A stretch of 64,000 nucleotides of DNA from Lingula anatina (Eukaryota > Animalia > Brachiopoda), in assembly GCA_051362555.1 (NCBI GenBank), contig CM120640.1, positions 47,098,788-47,162,787 on the forward strand, given 5' to 3'. Each line of letters begins with the position of its first letter. Position 1 is the first letter of the stretch. Shown piece after piece: positions 11,601 through 24,490 of this stretch. Made by a program: the position numbers and the translations under genes. The notes below the pieces were generated by a model. It was not told the DNA's origin and made no database searches. It saw only the letters and a list, made by a program, of their open reading frames with translations.

Positions 11601-14600
11601 AGTTTTTCTTGTGCAGCTTAATGCATCTGTAATAAATTACTTTCAGAAGAATTAATAGTTACAGGGAAAGGGAGTGTAGGCAAAAGGAATAAATAGTGAA
11701 GAAGTCATAAATTGATAATTAATTGATATAAAAATGTACATGATTGCTTGAATTTTTTAAAGCATCATTAATTCAATCAGTAAGCGAGCTCAAATTCAGA
11801 AGAGATCATACTTTGTTGCTCAACCAAGCAACTTATAATGTTTGGTCAAGTCCATAATTTGTCACAATCAACCTGTTAACTGAAAGTGATTAATAAGTCC
11901 TATTTAGACTTAAAATGTTTCAAAGCCATTTGCAAAAAAAAATCATGCTCTTTGAAGCACAGCTTTAGATTGAATTAATGTAGTCCAGAAAGTTTATTTT
12001 AAAAACATTTTCATCATTTACTAGGTTGAAGAATCTGTTGGGGCTGAGAAAACTCCAGAGAAAAAGCAACAAAGAAAGAAATGTAATGAAACCATTCAGC
12101 CTGACTCTGATCTGGAAGAAACTCCCCCTAAAAAGTTCATGCAAGTGAAGAAAAGGAAAGGAGTTTCGGCAAACAGGAAATCTGATTTTGATAATAGCCA
12201 ACAACTTAAACAAATCAAAACTAAAACAGTGTTTTCAAGTACAGATTCTGATAGTGAAGTAACCCCTCAGAAGAAGTGTTCAAACCATAAGGATGATCCT
12301 TCAGAAACAGATTCAGAAATGGATGAAAGTCCAAAAAATATACCCAGGAAGAGGACGAAAAGTATTTCTTCAGATTCTGACTCTGATGGAGAAGAAAATC
12401 CACAAAAGAAGGAGCGAAACAAAAAGCCTGTCTTTGCAGAATTAGATTCAGATGGTGAAGAAGGGAAAGTTGTCATTTCAGACTCTGAGTCTGAAAATGA
12501 AAAGATTCCAGAGAAAATGCAGGTGTCAAGTAAAACAAATCAAAATAGACCATCTGATGACAAAAAGGTGGCAAAGTATTCCACCAATCACAGGAGACTT
12601 AAAGCAGATGAAGTTGCCAAAGTACTTTCCAGTGAGTCTGAAAAATCAGATTCAGAAATAGAAGAAGTTCATCTCTCTGGTAATGACTCAAACTCTTCTG
12701 ATAGTGAACCGCATGTTAGGGTAAAACCAGCACTTTCAAAGAAAAAAAGCGAAAAAGGGAAACATTTAGAAAAAAATAGAGTAACTGATAAACCCAAACA
12801 TGCCAACAAGAAACGTAGAAATGAAAAAAACTCCAAACCATCAAGTAAAAAGCAAAGGAGCGTTTTGTCTAAAGAAGATGACTCAGACACTGACTCTGAA
12901 CCATTGGCTAAAAGATCTAGGAAAACCACAGTCAACTCCAGTGATTCTGCAGAAAATGAAAAAGAAAATGCAAGTTCCCATCAGCAGTCTCTGAAGAAAA
13001 AGAGAAAAGTAAATTATAGGCACAATACTTACATATTAAGTCACTTACTGACACCACTTAGTGGTAGGTCCATCGTTTTGAAACCCTTGACACTTAAGTA
13101 TGCTAATATATAATTTACAATTAATTGTTTGAATGTGTTAAGCATATAAATTGTCCAACAAATTCTTTTAGTGGCAATTTTATGCATATACATGAATCAA
13201 GAGACTTTATATTTTCCAAATATATTTATGAATAGTATGCTTACATGTATACAAAATAGTAAGATTATTTTCTGTTACAGCGACCTTTTAAAAACCCATC
13301 GAAATGTGAATCAGCTGACAGTGACTCGGAACCAGTGGCTAAAAAGACTAAGACTGAAAAAAGGAATTCTTCTGTTTCCAAAGCTTACACTGAGTCAGTG
13401 GACGAAAAGAAGGAAAATGGCAGCATGTCTTCAGACAGCAAATGTCATGCTGATTCATCAACATTAATGGTCAAAGAAAATGGAAATGAATCTGAATTTG
13501 AGAATGGTGTCAAAGAATTGACGGAAAAAATTATTGACACTGACTCATTGACTGCAAATCTTAGAAAAGATGTCACTATTTCATCTGATAGTGAAAGTGA
13601 TACTAAGCCAGTGTCTAAAAGGGCAACGAAAGAAAATGCTGATTCTGGCAATTCTGAGGAAGAATCCCAGAAGTCCAGTGGATCAAGAAAGATGTCAAAG
13701 TCTGCTAAGGAAAAGGTTTGCTATATATAACTGACCACATGAGCAGTATCATGGTCCTTGCTGAATACAGTTTGAACAAAATACCATTAACTGAGATACT
13801 CAAACTTGATTACACCCCCTCTGGCATTAAATCTATTATTTTATCCAATCTTGCTCTGCCAAACAAATTTGCTGTCTGCTTAACTAACATGCGTGTATAC
13901 AGTTTAAAGTGGATAAAGTTACTGCTGAAACATAGACTGTCTATAATTTAAGGAATGTTTAAGAATAGACTTTTTTGTTATTAATTACAGTAGTATATGA
14001 ATATTGAACAGGCGTAAACAATAATTTTGAAATTAAGTTATAAGACCAGACTTAAGAGAAGTCACTGAAAAGAAAGATATACAAATGCTTTACCAATTTT
14101 AAATGGTACTTCAACATTGAATATCTGGAAGTGACATTTTAAGTAATTAGTTGAATTAAGATAATGCTCTACTTTGATGTTCAGAAAGCTGAACCTGGAG
14201 AAAAGCACTATACAAACTTGAAGAGGATTTTGCGGACAGCAGGACTGGGGGCCCCCAAAATATGGCAGGAACTAGCTGGGTTAAAGAATAATAAGCATCG
14301 AATAGTAAGAATCAAGAAAATATTAGAGGACGCTGGAATGAAAGGTAAGTGTTGCTGTAGATCTATATGTATGTCTAATATCTATATTCTGCACCATATA
14401 GTTAATGCACGCCACTCCATACTAGTACAAAAATTTATCTTCATAGCTTAATTGCCTTTTTCCTCTGCTTCCGTTACTGGCCTTGGGGAACCCTGCAGGC
14501 AATAGATTATATAAATGAAACAGTTTGTATTAGCAGCATTTCCTGCATGGAGTGTCTGTGATTTCAATCATTAACTGCATTCAAATGTATTTCCATTTCT

Positions 14601-15855
14601 TGATAGATGAAATTTTAACTTGTCGTTTTGTAAGAAAAATAACATTATTACATTTAAAAAAAGATGTTAACATTTTTATACATATTAGTAATACCTTCCA
14701 TTAAATTGGTCTTCTCCTGGTGTTAATGACTTTTGCACAATTGTCTTTCATGTTAAATGTTTCCCTGTTTTTAACTACTTTTTATGCTCATTTTAGACTC
14801 TTAGTACTACTTCAGACCCAGCATAGGCGCTTTAACCCTTTCTTTCTGCAGTCTTTGTCCACTGTACCCTTTGGCCCTTGTTTCATCAGATAAAGGGTTA
14901 AGAGGCACAGTGTATGTAAACTGCAGACCTTGCTACTGTTGCTCTTCTTTGGATTGCTGTGAAAAACCCTGTTGTTACATGTTGAGCATGCTGCTACATC
15001 TTTCTTGCCTTGTTTTCATGTGCCTGATTGTGTTGCAGATGCCTGGTTGTATAAAACACTGAATAGCTACCACACCTGGCACAATGTCTTTGTCACACCT
15101 ACCACAATGCCTCTGTCACACCACCACTGTGAAAGCTGAATATGATTGTGGTGTATAATTTGCACTTCTAATACATCAGCAACGAGTAGAAATAGTATTC
15201 CAGATAGTAGCTGCTTGCCTAGCTGTAGATTAACAGTTCTTTACCACTGTACCCCTGAAGGCCCTTGTTCTTGTCCACCCAGGGCTGGAGGGGGCAGTGG
15301 ACCTGACCTGTTAATTAGACTTCCTTCGAAGAATTAACAAGCACCTGTCATCTACATGTAGTTTCCCTGGTTGAGGGGTTAAAGACTCTCTGCGGTTCTT
15401 TAAACTTGGTCATAATGTTGTTGTGGTTTTAAGGTTATTGTGAACTGTACATCAAAGTTTGGATGAAACTTTATAACTTAAATTGATAGAGAATTGAAAT
15501 AAAAGAGTGAGGATATGAATGATAGATTAAACTTCATAGATGTACATACATGTAATGGATTTGAGAGGTTTGTCATTTTTTATGTGTTTATTATGTGCAA
15601 ACAGAAGAATTTTACTCTATCTCAGTCTAGTAACAGTTTAGTATGTTGAGTCAAAAGCATCTTCTATACCTGCTGTTTACTTGAATTTTAGGGACACCAA
15701 GTCTTCAAAAGGCAGAAGCATTGAAGCTGAAGAAAGAGATTGCAGAACTGCAGAAAGAGAGCAAGAATATCACCAAAGATACAGGTATCTCTTTTTTCTT
15801 GAAATTGTCTGCACATTGCTCACATATTCACACACATACACACGCACACACACAA

Positions 15856-15906
<51 letters not shown>

Positions 15907-18751
15907 CAGTAAGACATAACTTCATGTGTAAACACATTGTCACCAGTAACCTATTCTTCATATATTTTCCATTGAGGGCATTGTAAAACATTCACCTCAC
16001 AGTAGATATGTAACACATATGAATCATCACATGGTCAAGGTTAAATCTACATGGTAGTTGTGAAGTGTTAGAAGGTCTGGTAACTTATTTTGTAATTTTA
16101 GATAATTTTATGTGTGTGTGTGTGTGTGTGTGTGTTGCAATAAGTGCTGTATGATTTGTTATTAACATATGTTTTTGGAAAAGTGTAACGCTGGACTTCC
16201 AGTGGCATAAAAAAGTCGGGCTTGATGACAATTTGTATTGCAGATTGCTTGTTCACATTTGCCCAAGGTTGAACTCCAAATTAAATTTTTTTAAATGAAA
16301 TAATCCAATATATTGGTGGCATTCTGTCAGCAAATTTCATTGGCAATCCCTATTATCATAATAATATAGTGTACTGCGGAATAATAATGTGCTACCAGCA
16401 GGATACAGAGAAAATTTCTGATGGAATATCATTAATAGTGTTAATACACATTTAAATTAAGCACTGTAGCAGAAGAATTTAGTGGTTTGTGCATTAAGGT
16501 AAAATAGCATCAGATTGCATTTAGCATGTTGACGGTATATTTTATGTGGTGTTTGATGACAAAGTTTAAAAAAAGTCGAGAAATTTTATAGTTCATAAAT
16601 TGCTGCACCACACTTCATGTTCTGCCTGGGTGAGTCCTGATGATAGACCTACTCTCTTTTATGTGATATTCTGTTATTGTAGGACACAACCCAGCCCATT
16701 ATTTTTTTGACATTTGATACACCAGAAATATGCATTTCTCATTCTTGACTGTCACACTGAGTATGGTCCTTGTATGATACAAGTACAGACTGATGCATAA
16801 TTTAACATCTTTACCACATTTTCAAAAGTGGAAACATCACATGTTCATTATTTTATGCTTCACAGATTATGTGAACCTTTGACAAGTAACTGTGTATATG
16901 TCAGGTATTAATTGGAGTTTTCCTTTTGGAGAATTTCCTTCTATATGTACATGGTGGAATTATTATGAAATGGCATTATTATGAAATGGCGTAGAGATGC
17001 CAGTATAGATTTTTTTGAGGAAAGGAGGGGGTCATCTCCTATGTATATTGTTAGATGCCATTTTCTGTAGGATGCAGCCAATTTTGTAGCCAACATGCTT
17101 ATATCATTTAACCACTAAGATTCTAAATAATTCATAGTGATGAGAGTACAGTGATCTCTCAGTGTCATTTTCTGTTTCTTTTAAACTTGCCCTAACAGGT
17201 TTTTGCTGTAAGGTTGAGTTAATTATTAAAAATAACTAAATTGATTTTGCAGTGCAGACTACATGTATATTATCTATATACCATCAAATCACTTGAACTT
17301 CAAAACAGCTTTAAGACAGTTTCTTGCCACCTTTATGCTTGCAATGGCCACATAAGTTTCACCTCAGACATTTGATAGTGTAATCATTGGTTTCAGGTTA
17401 ACTTGTTGTTGCTTATTAGCTTTGACTTTTAAGTAGTATCTATACGATAGACTGACATCAATTTATGACCCTAATGTTTAATTTATTTTCGGATTTTTGA
17501 TAAAAGCTGCCTCTTTCAGAAATTCAATCCAGAGTGTAGCCAGGTGAACTGGAATTTAACTGCATTTTTAGATTGTCTAAAGACTTTGTGTCCAAAAATG
17601 AGGTTTCAGTATTTCTTGTAAAAGGCATAGATATTTGAGTAGAATGGTTTTTTAAACTGCTTTGTTAGATTGAGTGATTCTTTGGCTCATTGCGCAAGAA
17701 TATTGCTATGAATGCATGGTTTGCAAAAGCAGAAATACATTAATTTTATTTGGAGTTAGCTATGATTAATGGTTTAGGAATATGAAGATAAATGTAAATT
17801 TATCCAAAATAATCAATTCAGCAACATGCATTTTTAGCACATGCTAAAAAAGCACAATGAAAATGATGCAAGGTTCTCTGTAATACTTACTGTGGAAGAT
17901 AAGGGAAAGGATGACATGTAAAGGATGCTTGATCTGCCTGACTGAAGCCCAAGAATATTTTGAATAAATGTATTAACTAATTTATCTTTGAGTATTATGT
18001 ATGTTTACTGACCCGAAAATCTACATGATTGTAGGACGAAATAAGATTCTTTTAAGGTATTTCTGAATTGATTAGACCGTTGTTGTTGTTATTATTATTT
18101 TGGCTTCGAGAAGGAGGAAGCAACACTGAATATATAATCCTGGCAGGGACTCAAAAAAGTAATTTGCTTCAAGTTCATGTCAGTGATGCTTAGAAAACTT
18201 GTTAGGCTGTATTTCTTGCTCTTTTGTGTGTCATGAATTGCTCTTCTGGTGTATTTCCCCCTTTTTTGAATGTCAGACTTGCTGTATGGGAAAAAAGTGT
18301 ATGAGTCAGTCTAACTGGAATTTCTTTAAACATGAAACTGCAAATATTGTGTAATTCCTCCAGTTGAAATCACAACGTTTGTGTTGATTTTTGATGCTTT
18401 GATTAGAGTACTTTGATTTTTTTCCTAACATATGATTGGCATCTGAATATTAAAAAATTACTAGACTAAGTGTTTATGTGATTGTTTTGTTCTGTTTTTT
18501 AATCTGTTGCATCCTCTTTTAAATGGCAAAAAAATCCTATCATAAAAAAAAGGTCTGTTTATCAGAAAAAAAACTTTATTTTCTTTTTAGGTGGATCACG
18601 GAGGCGTAATGTGTATAGTCGCTATGCCACTGAGCCTTCACCTTTCAGTACCACAAATAAGCCTGCAACAAAGCCACATACCCCTGCCAAGCAGAAGTTT
18701 GTCAGACTGAAAGGAATTATTGACAGTGAGGGATCTTCAGACTCAGACTGA
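8661..18751 (+). CDS. HIRIP3: HIRA-interacting protein 3-like histone chaperone, 8 coding exons, ~691 aa
   Basis: Exons 8661-8707, 9977-10094, 11475-11552, 12025-13008, 13281-13715, 14185-14344, 15692-15784, 18591-18751 (2076 nt, all GT-AG, in frame). N-terminus MEKFITNLFQHTENLGSLTRRIVREKYEAHIGR..EEKDQLK, long S/D/E/K-rich middle, and C-terminal LKRILRTAG..LEDAGMKGTPSLQKAEALK..RLKGIIDSEGSSDSD resemble vertebrate HIRIP3 N- and C-terminal blocks as I recall them. Confidence 0.88.
9530..9649 (+). mobile_element. Degenerate, internally deleted copy of the MITE at 23167-23334
   Basis: CAGGGATGGA..CTGTCTTCTGGGTCTTCTAGAAGATGATCAGA..GATAATTTGAAAGACTGTCAGAAAGTGTCACTGGATTTGCCATTG aligns by eye with 23167-23334. 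Confidence 0.65.
14832..14901. mobile_element. Possible tiny piggyBac-type MITE
   Basis: TTAA-CCCTTTCTTTCTG ... CAGATAAAGGG-TTAA; internal CCACTGTACCC..GGCCCTTGTT recurs at ~15244-15270 in a segment ending GGGGTTAA (~15382). Confidence 0.4.
15828..15899. repeat. Imperfect (CA)n microsatellite
   Basis: Directly visible in HIRIP3 intron 7; a short (TG)n also at ~16111-16135. Confidence 0.95.
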
Positions 18752-19075
18752 ATCATTAAAGTGAACAGATGCAAATAAGGTGTGCCTGTCTCTTTCAACA
18801 ACTTGATTTAAAGTTAAATTTTCTCAATCCCAATTAAGAGATACAGAAATCTTTGCAAAAATATAAAAGAAAAAACGAGTGAAAAAAAGCAACAAAAAAA
18901 AAAAGACAAAAACCCAACCCTGTTCTGTATCAAAGCACCATTATGAAAATTACTTGTTTATGATAATTTCTTGTTATCTTTACTTTTTTATTTTACAGAA
19001 ATGATTCTGACAGTTAAATGATGATTATGCCTATCAGTAGTTATGATGATGTTTTTTCCATGAACTTTTTGAAGT

Positions 19076-19107
<32 letters not shown>

Positions 19108-22100
19108 CAGCACCCAGTCTAGGTTATCTGTGCTATTGTTCAACTTTTTCTGTGTGTGAGGAGTAAATATCCCTTTTCAAGTCAGTGTTAAACATTGTGT
19201 AGTTGATGGTGAAGTTGTTTTCGTGTGTCTCAGTTACATCTTTTGTTATGTCCAGCTAAGTATTTACCTGGCTTTTTGTGTCAGAAAGTGACCGAAGAAT
19301 GACCAGTCAGCAGGGAGTGTTTGATGCCCAGCTATTGCGCATTTATTTAGTTTGAGTTTAATGGATATGAAAAAAAAATTACAGGATTACACTCTACAGG
19401 ATTTAATTTAAATTGTCTAATATTTTAATAATAAAATTGATGTTAATAAGCTATTTATAAATTTTAGTATGCTTTGCTTGCTCAAATAATTTCTGGTATT
19501 CCAAATCATTGTTTGCTTTTTAGATTAAGCTGATCATACTAGTAGTTATGTAAGTGTCCATTAAAAATTATGTCTAGGTGTTATATGTCCATGAATTTTG
19601 TGTTATTAACTGTATGACTGGAATGACCAGTTGACCCTAATGTAAGGGAGTGATCGTCAACAACCTCCTGTGTAATAGGTGTCATTTGAACACCACGCAT
19701 CTTACTGTGTCACAGAATAGAAACCAAAGTCAGTTTGTGAAACTTGTATTCTGTTTCAAGTGTCTGATAACAGTGCTTGATCACAGGATAGATCAAGACA
19801 GATGAGACTGTTGAGTCAAAGTTGGAAATCTCAGTGAGATGAGGTGTGCATAGGAGGCCTGGAGGGGATCAGATAATGATGCTGATAATGATGTTGAGTT
19901 GGATGAGAGTTTATACAAGGCTGTTGTTTGACCTTAGTTCATCCCTGCACCAAATTAGTTTGTTTTCTTATAGTCATGTATATACAGTCACAATTTGGTT
20001 TAAAAGATGTACAATGTACAACTGTATGTTTGTACTGAAAATAGGAACATCTTTATAATGTATTGTAAAGTCTTTAAGTTAGGCAAATAAATTATACAGC
20101 AGTTTCTTTTGCTTACACTATTAACCATTTCCCTTTACTTTTGGACGCATCAATTTTAGAGTTCATAATGGCATCAGCTTTAAGGCACTGCATTAAATTT
20201 TTATTTAAAAAACTATGGTAGTATTTACTGCTTAGTTTACACTTTATCCATACTAGGAATGGACCATGTTTTTGTCCCCAGTAGTAAACCTGCCTAGGGG
20301 TTTCTCCAAGCTAACTTTGTGAACTGCTACGAAAAGTATTTACGTCACTGACTTTGGTCAGATTTTGAAAGAATAATGACAAGGTAAAGTTTGTACAAAA
20401 TGTAGCTTCCTATCGTATTACAAGTCTGCACCATTCATTGTGTACACGAAAATATCCTAAGGGATATTTTAACTACCACAGTAGGCCTCGTTTCCTGCCA
20501 TGCCTTAGAGAACACCTGTTTATAATTTGGGGAAAAACAAATATTAGCGTCAATATTTGTCCAGTTATTGTGGTTGGGTGTTGTGTAATGGGTGAAAAAA
20601 TCCACGTGAAGAAATAAATATAGCATTTGATGTTGTTTATGGGTGTTAATGTTCAAATGTGTGTTTCATCTCTTTAATAAGTATGTAATAATGTTGGATA
20701 TCCATCATTTTAAAATATACATGGTTCAACATTCAGAATTTTTCTTATTGATTTTGTTATTTAGCAAATAGTTTATATTGTCAAAAAAATATACATTTAT
20801 CATAAAGTGTAATCAAAGGTTGCTTCTCTTTATTGGTAGTTAAAAATCCAGTGCATGATTGCTAGATATGTAATGTGCTTATGTTTCTAAAGTTGTGAAG
20901 AAACACTGAAACCTTGTATGGAAAATGATTGCAAATGATTTCTCAGTTGTAGTCAGTGTTTTAATGAATACGGTTGAAAGTCTCAATAAACTTCATATGT
21001 AACCTCTGTCTTTTATTGTGCTGACTTTATTTTAGATTAAGGTTGCAAATTTTTCCTTGCGTCCTCAGATGAAGGTGTAATAAGCACTTTCTTTTGAACC
21101 TACACATTTTGATTCACCAAATTTGCAGTAATGTTCTTTATGATAATGCTATGTTCCCATGAAAAACACATTAAATCCAAATGTGTTCTTTTATTTAGCT
21201 GTTGTCAAATTTTAAAAAATTGAATGAAACTTTTTATGGACAGACAGTGGACACTTAACCTTCACACCTGTATGTCATAATCTGACATCACTGTGCACTT
21301 TTATTCTTAACACCAATACAGGAGAACTGTCTTAATTTATATTTCAAACTTATAAGAATAATTCCTAGGACTGAAATACATCTCTAGTTCAAAAACAAGC
21401 TTGATTAGATAACTACATGTAGTATTTTTTTGTAGTAATGTTTTCACACAATGGCCTATTCAAGTTGTGACTTTGAGCTACCAATACTACCGTACGTAAT
21501 ACCGTTGACCTGAAGCACTAGATACATTTTCTAAAAGTGTACACAAAATGAGAGGTGCATAATTAGAATTGGTGGTGATTATGCTATGAAGCATTATGTA
21601 ATATTACATTATTACAAAATTTCCAAAAACATTTCGTGTACCATAATTGTCAACATCAGAACAGGAAAATGGTGTTACTTAATGATTTATTATTCTCAAA
21701 CTTATTAGAATGATTCTTAGAGTGAAATACAGCCTAAATATCTGTAGACCAGGCATCTTTGTCTCACTCTGTCTCTTTCTCATTGCTAAAACGACACCTA
21801 GTTAATTAATAATTATTTGTGAATTAATTGTGTTATGTACATTTTTATCTAAAATCGTGTAGAAAAAATGTTCCTAGAATTGATATTCAGTTGGAAAGGC
21901 CCCATTATGCATGGTGTGGATAGATGCCTTTGATATTAGGATTTGAGGATAGCAGATGTTGGTGCATAAGCTTGATGAGATTTTGATTTCTTGAGTTTTT
22001 TTGCCAATTAATTTAAGAATTATTGTGACTGTTTGCTACAAAAATTGTCAGCATTATGCAAAGCAGTTTCTTACAAAAATGTGCTTGATAGTTACTGACT

Positions 22101-23160
22101 TTTAATGCTGTAACATTTGGTGCCTGTTTTGTCAGAAAGTCATATCTGTCATGTTTTTGGACCTACCTAGATATAATTTGACACCAGGTTAATTTCTTAT
22201 TACATGTATCTGCATTGCCACCTTTTCCATGAAAGTAACTTATCGAATTACGAAGCACATTCTAATGGTAAGTTTTGCTACATTGTACATATGACACTGG
22301 GTTATTATGTAAATGTCACTGTGCAATGCTGGGAAGTCCAGTTAATTATCATCTTGTTGCTGGCAACACCTGTAATATCCTAGTTTTGATTTGCTGTGTA
22401 TGAAGCACACCTCACGCTGCATTCAGTTTTTATAGACATCCCCCTCTCCATTAAAAAATGTAGCTTGAAATAGAAGACTGATATTTTTCCAATCCTATCT
22501 AATCTGTTTTATCTGTTAGAATATCTTTATATCTGATACAATGATTTGTGCAATGATAACCAGTTTTTATCATGAAGTGGTTCTTTTTATTGCTCTGTAT
22601 ACAGAGTGAAATATGGACAGACCAACATCAACAATGGTCAGTTTGTTGTCAAGTGTAAATGTTAGACAAGGTGAAAACTCATTGAGCCAAAAGCTATCAG
22701 TTTTAGCAGTTGACCTAATACATTAAAAATAAAATGCCCATCCTTGTTCTGCTAACAGGAAAACAGCTTGAGGCCTTATCCAACTTTTAGGTTGACAAAA
22801 CTGTTTGGTCACTTCCAGTGAAGTCAATATTGGCTGTGGGTTTCCTTTGATGCTCGATCTGATAGGAAGAAATGCAAAGTGTTATTTCCGTTGTATACAT
22901 TTGCCAATTCAGTAGCTCCAAGCAGGTAAATAATAACATTTTACACTCTACAGAGAACACGGTCAGGTATTGAGTGGTACAGGACAGTGGACTTTACTCC
23001 TATTGTGTTAACTTCATCGGTGACTAGAAGATGACATAAAAAGGCCGAAAGCACACAATGGTGTCTTGACTTTTGCCAGTATTTATGCAATTTATTATCA
23101 AATTTTTAATTTGCAAGTTTTTGAATTCTTGCCATCTTTGCCAGTGGATACCATTAGCTA

Positions 23161-23340
23161 CATGTACAGGGGCGGATTCAGGCCGTCTTCTGGGTCTTCC
23201 TGAAGACGGTCAGATTTTCAAGTTTACATTGAAGGGTATCTATTTTTTTCTGTCAGAAGACGGTCAAAAATGGAGGATGGATCAACAAAGACAATTTGGA
23301 AGACTATCAGAAAATATCTCTGGATCCGCCCCTGCATGTA
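23161..23340 (+). mobile_element. MITE (23167-23334) with ~15-bp TIRs and apparent 6-bp TSD
   Basis: CATGTA|CAGGGGCGGATTCAG ... CTGGATCCGCCCCTG|CATGTA. Confidence 0.8.
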
Positions 23341-24438
23341 CTTCATGTAGTACTATACATAAAACTAATATTGTCTGCAAAGGCATAGGTTTACACATCT
23401 ATATTTCCAATCAATAGTTCAAATGATGCCATGTTTTGCTTTTAAAAGCCTAGAATATTTTCCAAAACCAAAATGATTTGAGCTAATTGCAATTTTTTGT
23501 TGACAGTAGCCAAGCTTTGACAAGCATATATCTTAGGAGTCTGAATATTCAGTCCTGTGCACTCTTATTCATCTTTTCAAAAATATATTTATTATAGTGC
23601 TAGCACTATACATCCCATCTATATCTTTCAACCTGGCAGTGCCCTAGTTTATTACATGGGATCGCACAGAGTGCCAGTTCAAACACAGGATGTATGGCCT
23701 AATGAAGTGTTATAATCATATATCCCAAGCCATGAGGCACACAATAAAACCCAGCCACAAGCATGCTGCTATCATGCCCCTGCGAAAACAGGAGTATAGT
23801 GCGTGTCCAGTTAAGCGGAATTCCAGTGGTGAGGGGATAAAGTGCCCAGAGTCCAGGTCATTTACAATTGATATTTGCATGTTTATTGATTTTGGACAAT
23901 GCATTTTCTGCGGCTGTCTTATCACTTCCTGTGATCTGATCCCCTGTTCTGTTGAGAATGACGGGGACTTATTATGTTGATGAGGGAGAAGGGAAGACTT
24001 ATGGCAGAGCTTACTTCTTAATTTGCTTTATATGAAATGGCACTTACAATGTTTTTGTAGTCATTTTCTTGAAAATTAATGAACAGCAGTTATATCTGTA
24101 TTTTCTTTTTTTTCTCAGAGGAAAATGATGTGCTATGTATGATCATGATTTTCCCTTTACACCTGTATATTGTCGTTGAAAACGGATCTTAAATTAAAGA
24201 GTTGCATATTCATTAGTCAAACAGCTGAGTTTACCTGTTAATCATTTCATTTATGCAAAGATGATCACTCAACATACATAATTTATGTTTTACCATTTAG
24301 GGTTGTATTGTATTTTGCAATAAGAGAAGGCACCAAAATTAATACAAAGATACATTGACTTTTTTTTGTCTCTTGTCCTTTCCCCTATGTGAGTGTCGAA
24401 ACGTAACCTGGGCAGGTAAAAACCATTTATTTATGAAC

Positions 24439-24445
24439 ATATATA

Positions 24446-24487
<42 letters not shown>
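24439..24487. repeat. (AT)n microsatellite
   Basis: Directly visible. Confidence 0.95.

Positions 24488-24490
<3 letters not shown>

Noticed and set aside
17138-17230. C-box-like GTGATGA in a HIRIP3 intron (possible C/D snoRNA)
   Set aside because: No D box (CTGA) or terminal stem at a suitable distance.
15785-18590. HIRIP3 intron 7 donor GTATCTCTT resembling a U12 5' splice site
   Set aside because: Deviates from GTATCCTT, and the 3' end has a normal polypyrimidine tract with no TCCTTRAC branch point; U2-type.
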